Shown one piece after another: positions 39,111 to 51,832 of a stretch of DNA of 64,000 nt; the stretch's first letter is position 1; every line of letters begins with the position of its first letter. Source of the stretch: Octopus vulgaris. Its lineage: Eukaryota. Both the position numbers and the translations under genes were made by a program. The stretch spans positions 44,950,001 to 45,014,000 of the forward strand of contig OX597836.1 in the NCBI GenBank assembly GCA_951406725.2, read 5' to 3'. The notes beneath the pieces are model-generated. The model saw only the letters and a list, made by a program, of their open reading frames with translations. It was not told where the DNA came from and searched no databases.

Positions 39111-39555
39111 CACATGTAATGTACATCATTTAATGTCTATTTTCCATGCTAGCATAGGTTGTATGGTCTGACCAGGGCTGTCAAGCTGGAAGGCTGCACC
39201 AGACTCCAGTCCGATTTACCATTATTTCTATGGCTGGATGCCCTTCCTAAAGCCATGTATAAATGTGTGCATATGTATGTACATATGGAGATGTATATAT
39301 GATCGTACAGATATCTTTACAAATGTACACACACACATATGCACACCCGGTGTTTTAATATTCACTTTTTACGCTTCCATGAAGCAGCTGGAATTCATTA
39401 AAATATTTTCTACGGCAGGATGCCCTTCCTTTTACTTACTCTCACCTGCCTTTCAAGCAAGGTAATATTTCAATTTAACCAGGCAGATTTTCATGGAAGA
39501 TTGGAAACAAAAAAAAACAGAACACCCCACTGCTTTTATAAGAAAGGTCAACATA

Positions 39556-39742
39556 TCATCATCATCATCGTTTAACGTCCGTTTTCCGCACTAGCACGGG
39601 TTGGACGGTTCGACCGGGGTCTGGGAAGCCAGGGGCTGCACCAGGCTCCAGTCTGATTTGGCAGTGTTTCTACAGCTGGATGCCCTTCCTAACGCCAACC
39701 ACTCCAAGAGTGTAGTGGGTGCTTTTTACGTGCCACCGGCAC
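39556..39742 (-). mobile_element. RTE 3' tail element
   Basis: Family match. Confidence 0.8.
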
Positions 39743-40199
39743 ATAGAAACACATATGCACACAATGAGCTGCTTTCAGTCTCCACCAACTTGGGTTGGCC
39801 CATGGTTATAGGGGCTGAACCTAAATCACATGATGGGGAAACAAACATCTTAAAGGAACAGGCTATGTCTATAGAAATGAAGAGCTGCTTATAGCACCTA
39901 CGTCTTCCAAGTGGTCACTCACCCAAGTGCTAATTAGGCTCAACACACACACACAGATAGCTATAAATAGGATTCATTTAACATTGACTTTTTTTTTCCA
40001 TGCTTGTATGATTTGAAAATAATTGATATTTAGGCAGGATTTTATGGACAGCTGCTCTTCCTCTGCTATTTCACAGGTTTTTGAAGTGCAGAGCAAACAG
40101 ATCATAGAATCAACATTAGCACTGCTCTGGTCAAATGGTAACATGGGAAATATCAGCGTTTACACACACACAAGTTAAATGCAGTTTCTAACTACCAAA

Positions 40200-41073
40200 T
40201 TCTTTCATAGCAGAGAAACATGGGCTGTGACAGCTGAAGACATGTGTAGGCTTGAAAGAAATTAAGCGAGTATGCTTTGCTGGATGTGCAATGTCAATGT
40301 GCATGTACAACAGAGTGTAAGCATCTTGAGAGAAAAGTTGGGCCTAACAGACAACAGATGTGGTGCACAAAGAGAAACGACTGCGCTGGTATGGTCATGT
40401 GATGTGTATGGACGAGGACAGCCGTATAAAGTGCCAATCTCTACCTGTGGAAGAGGTAAACCCAAGTGGACTCGAGATGAGGTGGTGAAGCATGATCTTC
40501 AAATGTTGGGGCTTTGGCAATATGTCACGCTTGAGAAGACCCTTCAAGCTAAGTGAAACCATAGTCATGGCCAATGCTAGTGTCACGTGATTGGCACCCA
40601 TGCTGGTGGCATGTAAAAGGCACCTTTCGAGCATTGGGCCTCACAGGGGCATCTGGCACTTGTGCTGGTGGCATATAAAATGCACCTGTTGAGCGTTGGA
40701 CCTCACAGAGGCAATGTAGATGGTAGCAGTGTTGTGTAAATAGCACCTGTGCCAGTTGTATGTAAAAAGCACCTTTCGAGCATTGGGTCTCATGGCGGCA
40801 ATGATAAGTGACCGAGACCTTGGGCAATATGCCATGCTTCAGCAGACCCATCAAGCCAAGTGAAATCGTAGTCATGGTGTCACACAACAGGTACCCATGC
40901 CAGTGTCACGTAAAAGCACCCATTTCACTCTTGGAGTGGTTGGTGTTAGGAAGGGTATCCAGCCATAGAAACCATACCAAATTAGACTGAAGTCTGGTGC
41001 AGCCCCTCAGCTAACCAGCCCTGGTCAAACTGTCCAACTCATGCCAGCATGGACAACGGACGTTAAAAGATGT
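40200..41073 (+). mobile_element. 5'-truncated RTE-clade LINE (ORF end plus repetitive 3' UTR)
   Basis: ETWAVTAED..RLERN..SMLCWMCNV..LREKLG..RLRWYGHV..GRGKPKWT with frameshifts, followed by tandem repeats and the shared tail. Confidence 0.85.
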
Positions 41074-41114
41074 TATGTGCACACACATATAATACACAAG
41101 TGTGTTTATGTGCC

Positions 41115-41432
41115 TGTGATACCAGTGCCACGTAAGAGGACCATCCGAACGTGGCCGTAGCCAGCGTCGCCCTGACTGTTCCTCCGAGCCAGTGGCACGT
41201 AAAAAGCACCATCCAATCGTGGCCGTTTGCCAGCCTCGTCTGGCCTCTGAGCCGGTGACACATAAAAAGCACCCACTACACTCACGGAGTGGTTGGCGTT
41301 AGGAAGGGCATCCAGCTGTAGAAATACTGCCAGATCAGACTGGGCCTGGTGCAGCCTTCTGGCTTCCCAGACCCCAGTTGAACTATCCAACCCATGTTAG
41401 CATGGAGAGCGGACATTAAACGATGATGATGA

Positions 41433-41435
<3 letters not shown>
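41115..41435 (+). mobile_element. RTE 3' tail element
   Basis: Family match with (gat)n tail. Confidence 0.8.
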
Positions 41436-41475
<40 letters not shown>

Positions 41476-42856
41476 TAATAGCAGTAATACCCATCATGAT
41501 TCGGGTAATTACTTTTACTGTTTCTCGGGCCGAGATGCTAGAAAAATGGGCATATCATATAGAAGAATAGGTTCACAGAATCCAGGTGACTGTGATAGCA
41601 CCGAAAAGGCTACAGGTCAAGTGGATCATCCATTTGTTCCTTTTGACGTTTGAATAGGCAGTATGCCAAAGGAGAATTGAAAGATTCAGTTTCGATTCTG
41701 AACCAGGGTGAGACTACGACTACAGATTGAGGTTTACTCGTCCTGTTTGTATTAAATAAGAGAAAAACGTAATTGAAGTAGGAAAAAAGACGGATTTCAT
41801 ATACAAACTTCTATTTGTTCTTCAGGTTGCAATCCAGCAACTTTTAGTATTTGGCCCTGAGTGTTATTAATGCTCATGGCAAAAGAAAGTGGGATAAGAA
41901 ACTGTAACAGCTTAAATTGGAATGGGACATTGGATGGTATAACTGGTATGTGAGGGATGAAGACTGTGTCACTTTTACCACAACCAGTGAGAATATTGGC
42001 CTCAATGCAGCTACTCATAGATTTGTGCACAATTAGTGTTGTACCATTGTGTAATTTTTGTTGAGACAAATTAGACAACAGCATAATAGGAGATATAGAA
42101 AAAGCCTAATAGCTTCCCTTGAACCATTTACTTTCATTTTGGTAAACAAATGAACAAACACTAACGGACAGAATCACTCTTTTATATATATGGAGATATA
42201 CACACACATTTTAATGTCTGTTTTTTCATGTTTCCATGGATCAGATGAGACTATGTTTACAGATGGATGTCCCTCTTTCCAAGGAAAATAATAATCTTCC
42301 AGTCTATCAATGAACATTCCAAATTGCAAACAGGTTGTTTGAACAGTAAGGCTTTTTGTTTGTAATCAGTGCATGTATATTTAGAAAAGAAACCCAGACA
42401 TCCTTTCAGGGTGGACTACAAACAATATCATCCAATATGAATCGTGAGCCCTACAAACACACCTGGCCCACATTGCTTTTTTCAATGAAAAGACTAGGGG
42501 AAATATTACCTTGTTTTGAAAGTTTCACCTTAACAAGTTTCATCTGACCAATATATATATATACGGAAAAATGGACCAAAAAATGATAATGCGTAAATGT
42601 TTGTGTGTCTAAATATACATACACACACACACACACGTCTTCATTGTCTCACATGTTCTCTATACTAATTGTTCATCCCCGTTACCATACTTTTATTTAC
42701 TTTCTGTTTCCTCCCAATATAAACAAAAAATAAGTCAGGAAGATGCACAACGTGAGAGCACACCTTTGATACAAATCTAACAGAGTGCCACTCTAATGCT
42801 TAAAACTGATGTGTTATGGTATTTATTTGTATAACTCCGTAATGCAGCACAAAGTT

Positions 42857-42907
42857 TTTGTCAGTGAACAGGTCGCGGTCTCAAAGCGCCGAAAATATTT
42901 TGACAAA
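42857..42907 (+). ncRNA. Minimal type I hammerhead-like motif with G3:C8 core (second locus)
   Basis: UUUGUCA-GUGAACA-g-GUCGC(ggucucaaa)GCGCC-GAAA-AUAUUU-UGACAAA; 7-bp stem I and one stem II mismatch. It lies in a repeat (42835-43025) shared with 20929-21118. Confidence 0.5.
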
Positions 42908-43026
42908 TTAAATTTAAATGTTGTGCGTTTCTTAAATGGCTTATAAACACCTTCCACGCTGCAATTGTTTTCGTTCCAGCACACGATCTCAGATCAAGTC
43001 ACTCGCTATGCAAGTACATCTCCGTA

Positions 43027-43059
<33 letters not shown>

Positions 43060-43532
43060 CACACACACACACACAATCATTAACATCAGCTTTCCTATTC
43101 ATAGGCCACCAGAGTTAAGATTTCACATATTGGGAAGATGTCATCCTTACAAACCGATGCTTGTATGTGTCATTTGGCCTGGCTTCTACAACTAGATGCT
43201 TTTCCTATCACCAACCACTTAATATCATGTACTGGATGCAGTCTCTTATAGCACCAACTGCCAAGAGTTTTATAAGACCTCGATGAGATGGGACTCAAGT
43301 GACATCACAACCCTACACTTTCTTTGTTCATTTGCCAACCACCTTACAGTGTGTTCTGGAAGTATTTTTCATGGCACCAACACAAGAGTTTATGCAGATG
43401 ATGGTACTTACAACATTAGTTGTGTTTCAGGTATCCCCTCGACCTGTATCTCTTAACAGATTTTAAAATTCTTTTCTAAAAATGTTTTTGATTTGAATAT
43501 TTGAAATATTGAAGAATTTATTTTGTATCATG

Positions 43533-43948
43533 TTTACTCTTTACTCTTTTTACTCTTTTACTTGTTTCAGTCATTTGACTGCGGCCATGCTGAAGCACCA
43601 CCTTTAGTCGAGCAAATCGACCCCGGGATTTATTCTTTGTAAGCCCAGTACTTATTCTATCGGTCTCTTTTGCCAAACCGCTAAGTGACGGGGACGTAAA
43701 CACACCAGCATCGGTTGTCAAGCAATGCTAACAGGACAAACACATACACACACACACTTATATATATATATATATACATATATACGACGGGCTTCTTTCA
43801 GTTTCCGTCTACCAAATCCACTCACAAGGCTTTGGTCGGCCCGGGACTATAGCAGAAGACACTTGCCCAAGATGCCACGCAGTGGGACTGAACCCGGAAC
43901 CATGTGGTTGGTTAGCAAGCTACTTACCACACAGCCACTCCTGCGCCT
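43533..43948 (-). mobile_element. SINE family A
   Basis: Full-length match. Confidence 0.9.
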
Positions 43949-44191
43949 ATATATTTATATACTGTTTATATACTTATTTTTGTAAAGTTCTGAAGATGAA
44001 TAGTTGCTGACTAGAAATTACATCTCTACGTTTTAATCGGCCTCTTCTTCAGTGGTTACACATTAATCTTCTGACACGGAGATGTGTCTCTAATTTGGGA
44101 TTTGAACAAAGAGCATCAAAATCAAGTTTGGACAAGAAAGGTTTAAGTCTGGACATTGCTAAAGTATGTGAAAATTAAATATGGCACTTAA

Positions 44192-44402
44192 CCCTTTAGC
44201 ATTTAAACCGGCCAAAAGTATTCTGCTTGGTTTATGTTCAAACTGGCCAGATCTGGTCTCTCACCCCAATCCTCCAATATCTTCTTAAAAATTAACAGCT
44301 ACCTCATCAAAATCTCATAGCTCCAAGATAATGCCTGATTAGTTCAAGGCAATGTGGATAAAAAAGGATTAATTTTGGCAGAATAATGCGAACACTAAAG
44401 GG
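44192..44402. mobile_element. piggyBac-type MITE, second family (CCCTTTAG termini)
   Basis: ttaa|ccctttagc...cactaaaggg|ttaa; partial copies at ~7105-7320 and ~12270-12470. Confidence 0.8.
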
Positions 44403-44475
44403 TTAAATGAGGATGAGGTAAGGATGCTGAATGTTCGGCTGATCGTATGGTTTTTACTTCACATCTTATAGACAG

Positions 44476-45687
44476 CATTGTATTGTGACCAGGAACCACT
44501 TCATCATAAATGGTTAGCAACAGGAAGATCAGTAAAAGTAATTGCTACAAGAACCATCCGAACCATGCGAACAAAAATCTATCTTAAAAAGGTTCCAAGT
44601 TTGGCAGTGCCATTGTATTGTGACCAGGAACCACTTCATCATAAATGGTTAGCAACAGGAAGATCAGTAAAAGTAATTGCTACAAGAACCATCCGAACCA
44701 TGCGAACAAAAATCTATCTTAAAAAGGTTCCAAGTTTGGCAGTGCCATTGTATTGTAACCAGGAACCACTTCATCATAAATGGTTAGCAACAGGAAGATC
44801 AGTAAAAGTAATTGCTACAAGAACCATCCGAACCATGCGAACAAAAATCTATCTTAAAAAGGTTCCAAGTTTGGCAGTGCCATTGTATTGTGACCAGGAA
44901 CCACTTCATCATAAATGGTTAGCAACAGGAAGATCAGTAAAAGTAATTGCTACAAGAACCATCCGAACCATGCGAACAAAACTCTATCTTAAAAAGGTTC
45001 CAAGTTTGGCAGTGCCATTGTATTGTGACCAGGAACCACTTCATCATAAATGGTTAGCAACAGGAAGATCAGTAAAAGTAATTGCTACAAGAACCATCCG
45101 AACCATGCGAACAAAAATCTATCTTAAAAAGGTTCCAAGTTTGGCAGTGCCATTGTATTGTGACCAGGAACCACTTCATCATAAATGGTTAGCAACAGGA
45201 AGATCAGTAAAAGTAATTTCTACAAGAACCATCCGAACCATGCGAACAAAAATCTATCTTAAAAAGGTTCCAAGTTTGGCAGTGCCATTGTAGTGACCAG
45301 GAACCACTTCTTCATAAATGGTTAGCAACAGGAAAATCAGTAAAAGTAATTGCTACAAGAACTATCCGAACCATGCGAACAAAAATCTATCTTAAAAAGG
45401 TTCCAAGTTTGGCAGTGCCATTGTAGTGACCAGGAACCACTTCATCATAAATGGTTAGCAACAGGAAAATCAGTAAAAGTAATTGCTACAAGAACCATCC
45501 GAACCATGCGAACAAAACTCTATCTTAAAAAGGGTTCCAAGTTTGGCGGTGCCATTGTATTGTAACCAGGAACCACTTCATCATAAATGGTTAGCAACAG
45601 GAAGATCAGTAAAAGTAATTGCTACAAGAACCATCTGAACCATGCAAACAAAAATCTATCTTAAAAGGTTCCAAGTTTGGCGGTGCC
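44476..45687. repeat. Tandem array, 9 x ~135 bp
   Basis: Unit starts at 44476, 44611, 44746, 44881, 45016, 45151, 45286, 45419 and 45553; the first six are near-identical. Confidence 0.97.
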
Positions 45688-46113
45688 AGCGTTCTAACAA
45701 ATGAGTGGTTGTGGTGTCTGCGTAGATCTTCAACTTTGCTATGTTCCCCTTATTTTCCCTACCGACAGGAATTCAACAGGGTTTTCTGAAGCAGTACCTT
45801 GGTGTCCAGGTCGTTAGCACTTTTAATCGCCTTTAACCCCAGAACACAGTGCCCCCATTCTAAAACCAGGATCCATATCAAAGAGATCACTGAGTCAGCA
45901 CTAACTCCATTGTCTGCAGAATTCAGAAGTTTCACCTTGAGTAGGAGATTCAACAGAAGAAACAATGGGAACTATGTAAAATGGCTGCTTATTATTTACA
46001 GCAGTGAATAAATGATGTATATATAACCAACCTACCTCCTCGCTTTACTGAACAAATATACAGAATTAACATTTTATTAACCGACACGAAATACTTAGAC
46101 GGGTAAGGTAAAA

Positions 46114-46514
46114 GGATCTTTTCCGTTTGAGCGGCAGTTTTTAACATAATTTCTAGGTAACTAAAAAATTTTAAACTTCGTATACTGGTAGAATGTGTTT
46201 ATAAAACATCTTTTACTCTTGGCTTTTTTGAGAAAATTCTATGGTTTGTAAGATATTTGTTGTTTTTTCTGCAATTTCAACCAATCAATGACTTCTATTG
46301 AGGTAAAAAAAACATTCTGTGCCGTATGAATATGTCCCTCGTTTACGAAACAGATTGGGTTTATTTACATTTGTGAAGGAAAAAAGACACCCTTCCTCCA
46401 CCCCTAACCCTAAAACAGATTGAAATGCAATAGATCGATACTAGGGTCGTAATTATGGGTGACAATTTCATATGACACCGCTAGAAAAAACTGCCGTTCA
46501 AACCGAAAAGATCC
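46114..46514. mobile_element. MITE M1, TSD aggtaaaa
   Basis: TIRs and 8-bp TSD. Confidence 0.9.
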
Positions 46515-46930
46515 AGGTAAAAGAATAATTATGAAGCCTTCACTGTGATGGAACACAGGGGACGATGCGACATTTATGCCTTCCAAACAGCACTTATAGG
46601 GGAGGGGGGATCCGTACAACTGTAGGTTTAAAATGTTCTTGTTTACTGTTTCAAAAACAAGAGTTCAAACAAAGCCTGTAATTGTAAATCAATGAGAATG
46701 GAATCTTCCACTTCAACCGAACTGTGTCGAATGATGAAATAAGTCTAGACAGAACGAGACACATCGTCAAAATTGGTGCTGAGAATATATACAAAGAATA
46801 TGAAGGATTTAATTCACTGATGACCTAAGGTACTCCGCATACGTACTATAATTGGCCGTCAATTAGGTTCCTAGTTCACAGCCGAGTCTGGAGCTAGGGA
46901 TCCGTAAGTAGGCTTCCGAGTCAGCAGATA

Positions 46931-47314
46931 TACTCTTTTACTCGTTTCAGTCATTTGACTGCGGCCATGCTGGAGCACCGCCTTTAGTCGAGCAACTCGA
47001 CCCCGGGACTTATTCTTTTGTAAGCCCAGTACTTAGTTCTATCGGTCTCTTTTGCCAAACCGCTAAGTAACGGGGACGTAAACACACCAGCATCAGTTGT
47101 CAAGCAATGCTAGGGGGACAAACACACACACATATATATATATATATACATATATACGATGGGCTTCTTTCAGTTTCCGCCTACCAAATCCACTCACAAG
47201 GCTTTGGTCGGCCCGAGGCTATAGTAGAAGACACTTGCCCAAGATGCCACACAGTGGGACTGAACCCGGAACCATGTGGTTGGTAAACAAGCTACTTACC
47301 ACACAGCCACTCCT
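46931..47314 (-). mobile_element. SINE family A
   Basis: Family match. Confidence 0.9.
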
Positions 47315-47486
47315 GTATATATTAAAGGAAAAGTAAACAAAACCTTTTCCATATATATATATATATATATGGAAAAGGTTTTGTTTGCTTTTCCTTGAAT
47401 GAATTATCCCTTGTTTAACGTTAACATCGAAAATTCAAACAGTTACCAGGGTAGCAAAATTTACGCAAGTAACAAGGATGTAGCGA

Positions 47487-47535
<49 letters not shown>

Positions 47536-47813
47536 ATATATAGTAGAAATATGTTACAAAAAGAAAATATAAAATACACGTGGAAATGTAAGGGTAAAAT
47601 ATGAAAAATCAACGAAAATGCACATTGCAAATAAAAAAAGGCTATTTGTGACAGGTAACGACAAATATATACATTTAGATGGACTGAGTTAGTAATACGA
47701 GTCATAAATGTCATTATTATGAGATGATTATAAGATGATAATATAGTAAGAGAACAAAAGGGACCATGGTGTATATGTGTGTATATATATATATATATTA
47801 ATAAATAAACATA

Positions 47814-47857
<44 letters not shown>

Positions 47858-50665
47858 TGTACGTACCAACCTCTACATGTATATATACACGCATATATGA
47901 GTACAGGACACCAAAAAACGTCGAACACAATGAGAAGCGAAAACATAGACACAAACCCAAGGAACTGGACATTTTTTTTAACAACAACAAAAAATAGAGT
48001 ACAGGACAATTAACACAAAGAAAAACCCCTTCTTCAGTCGCCATGGTTTCATCTACTCTACGTTTCGAAGGTGAAGGCGCATATATTCTAAACACAAAAT
48101 AGCTCATTTAAAAAAATTCTTTAAATCTCTAATGTTACACTTCCTAATAGCCACAAGGTATTTAAGGATTGTTTGATGATTAAGAAAATCTTTGCTGAAA
48201 GGCATTCCCATTCAAAACCAAACCAGTTTATCCAGACACGGTTTAACTAGAAATACTTAATGGGGTGTGCCTTAAAGGAGATTTAGTAGAATGATCCTTC
48301 GTTGGCTAAGGGTTAAGGGCCGTTTCCAATAAACTAACCAGAGGGTTGAGCACGTCGGTTAAATTAAAAAGGGAAGGGAGTATTTAAATTGAGTAAATAT
48401 TTAACGAAATTGATTTCCTCCAGCCAAACCCACCACAACCACTCAACCATTTTCACTTTTGAAAATACGGACAAGGTTACTGATTTACTAAAATACAATT
48501 GAAACTATTCAGATTGTGATTTAATAAATAATAAAGAGATCAAGACTAAACACAACTGCTACAACAAACTTGAGTCGAGAACGATAATGGGTTTTTTTTT
48601 ATTAATTAAAAAAATGATTAAAGAAAAATGTTTGAAGAGTGCGACATAACGCTTGGGAAGGGGAGATAACCGAGTGGTGCTGGCGAGAGCTTCTAGCAAC
48701 TTCCATTTTGGACTGTGTGTGTGTGAATGTGTCTGTGTATGTGTGAGTGTGTGTGTGTGTGTATAAGTAAAATATACGTGTTTATAGCATGTATGTGTAA
48801 ATAAAAGTGTCTGCATTGGGGGGATATTTCGTTTCCTTTCGACAAAATAGCTTCGTATGTTGGTTCGTTAGTGCAGATCCGAGCAGATTTATATTAAAGC
48901 CGTCCCAGCAGTGACCATCCCGTCTTTTTAGGACCACAAATGCCTGGTCATTTATTATTTCTCTTTTTTTTTTTTTCAATGACAGAAGGGAGGTGGGGGA
49001 CTGAAATCTATATGGCTATTTGTAAGAGTCCTGGAGACCTCGTTCATGACTCGCTTAATTAGCTTTGACATTGTAATTTATTTATTTTTCTAAAAAAATT
49101 CCGAGAAGCCATTTGCATCAGAAAATGGGATGTAAACGAGGCGGAGGAAATGCTGAAAGCTTCTGGTAGATTCTTCCATGGTCTCCAGGTTGTCACGTGT
49201 AGAAGAAATAACGGCGCCGCCATCGAAATGTTGGATTAGATTTGACAAAGATTTGGGGGAATTATTAGGAGAAATGCCCAGGAACGGAAGGAATATGGAG
49301 AAGGAAATACGAATATTCAGAATAATGGCGGTTTAAGATAAAAAGTTTAGAAACTAGAAACATAAAGGATACGAAATGGAGGAGAGAGATCAAAGGGAAA
49401 TATTAAGAGATAGGTCGACGTCGAATAACAAATATTACTTATAGAGTTATAAACGATTAAAGCCAATGTTTGGGAGATAAAGAAACGGATTGACTAACAC
49501 AAAATAAAGCGAAGCATAAAAGAAAGGAAAAGAATAATTACGAAAGAGAGACATAAATGTTAATTAGTAGGAAATAGACATTACTAAGTACTGGGTGGAT
49601 TTTATACTCGTATGAATGGAAACTGCAAAATGGTAGGGACTACTGTTTGGATATAAAGAGTAAGAAATAGAAACAAAAGGTGAATGGATAGGGATTACAA
49701 AAATCAGCTGAGAAAATTGGGAGAAAACTGGTAAAAAATATAAACGAGAAAGCCTGACCCAAGTGGAAAAAACCTCCATTTCCTTCCACATCATTAGAAT
49801 TTCAAATTTGTTTCCCCCAACGAACAACTTCAGCCACAAAAATACATTTTATGGGGTAAACATGGACTGACATCGAAATTAAAGTACACCAGATTCATAT
49901 TAGACATTAAAAGGTTATAAATAATAAATGTAAGGATACGGATGAACCGAGAGAGAGAAACAGACATTGGCGGTGTGTGTGAGACATTATGATATAAAGA
50001 ATAAACTATTGCAAACAGTGGCAATGGCAAGGGAAAAAAAACTAGGTTTCTTTCGTTTTTAACACACTGTAGAAAATGATTTTGTTAGTGATATATGACA
50101 GGAAATAAGAAAGAGACCGATGGTCGATCGAAATTAGTGATAGACATTGAATGGTGCAGGCAATTTGAACCAGAAGGTGGTGAAATGTGAAACTCAAATA
50201 TTACGTTACAAGGATATGTGTGTTGACTTTGATAGAGGATAAATCATATGTAATTGTTTACCAACTGATAACAAAAACTATCTCAACCTTCCCCTACACC
50301 ATATTCCTTCAAATAATATATATATATAATTATTATTTGAGGGAATATTAATCCTAACTTACAGGGAAAAATTCAATTTAGAAATACTAAATCAAATTTC
50401 ACACAATATAATATAATATATATATATATATATAAAGTTAGAAAACCACCACCTTTTATCAATTCAAAATAAACAATTAAATTACACCATCTAGAAAATT
50501 ACATATAATAGAAATATTAATATATATATATATATATTAAATTAGAGATAAAACCACTATTAGGCAAATCAAACAATGAAAAACTTAAGCCAATACATAA
50601 AATTAATTAATTTATATTATTTTAAATATATATCAAAAGTATTAAAAGTTAATAAAAGATAATGA

Positions 50666-50714
<49 letters not shown>

Positions 50715-51781
50715 TATATATATATAAGATCAGCAACAATTTAGATTCAAATGAATATGGTACTTAATTTAGATGCACCAGAATTTTGTATGGTATTACC
50801 CATAAAAATATATAATCAAAAAATTTTTTGATTATATATATATATATACACACATGCGTGTGTGGTGTATTGGAGTAATTAACTGCAGTGTTACTTCTAT
50901 ATTATATAACCAGCTTGGACGACAGTTGCTGGTCTTTTGTTAATCGGGGTAAAATTCCCTGAGTATATATATACATTTTATTTAATCTACTTTAAACAGT
51001 TGAAATTTCAAGTCTTTCTAACAAAACAATCGGTTTGTGTAGAGGAGACATTCACTGAACCAACTTTACGTAAAATGTTACACTGCTATCAGATATGGCT
51101 ATCCGCGATCAACCGTCGACCCACCCCCATCAGAAGTCCGGCAAACGAGAAAGCCTCTACTAGAAATAGCAGCCAAATGTCATACGAATTACATCCAACT
51201 GTTATTCAAGTACACGTTGGAGGTCTCCTTGGGGTTTCTCCATATCATAAGAGGGGCTTGTCACGGGTGTAACGTCTATGATTATACGCCGATTTGGGAT
51301 TAGATAACCTCATAAAACCAATTATACGACCCAGCGAGGGTGCCTCTATATGCGGTCACTCAAATTGCTGGAAATAATAGCTAAAATCTTACAAATCCTA
51401 CGACACCTGGGATAATGTAAGCCTAGGTAAACTATTGTCTGAATAAAAGCTGTGATTGTCGTAGCTCGATGGTAGCCTTTCATTAATTAAACTTAATGAG
51501 TCGACATAATTACTATTATTCATACAAGGAGGATTTCTTCAGACCATCCGAACCATAAATGAATTAATCCAAACATCTGTAAAATATATATATATATTAC
51601 TTCTAATATGATCGATATGTATCTATTGAATATATTCATTGCATTACAATCGATATATTTTGATTCGATGCCATTATAGATAAGAATCGATATATTTCTA
51701 TTAACTAAATGAATTTTTTTTTTAAATTATCAGCGAACGATAACGAACATAATCAGCCTTAATTATCAATGGCATTATTAG

Positions 51782-51832
<51 letters not shown>

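Noticed and set aside
44478-45293. 271-aa repeat ORF as a real protein, or the array as CRISPR
   Set aside because: Starts at TTG and is broken by indels in later units. There are no unique spacers and the context is a eukaryotic intron.
48026-48071. Permuted hammerhead (minus strand: GAAACGUA ... CUGAAGA)
   Set aside because: Core words are present, but I could not build a convincing stem I or a G10.1:C11.1 pair.
47421-48107. 228-aa minus-strand ORF
   Set aside because: Built from (TA)n tracts and AT-rich repeat debris; no domain.
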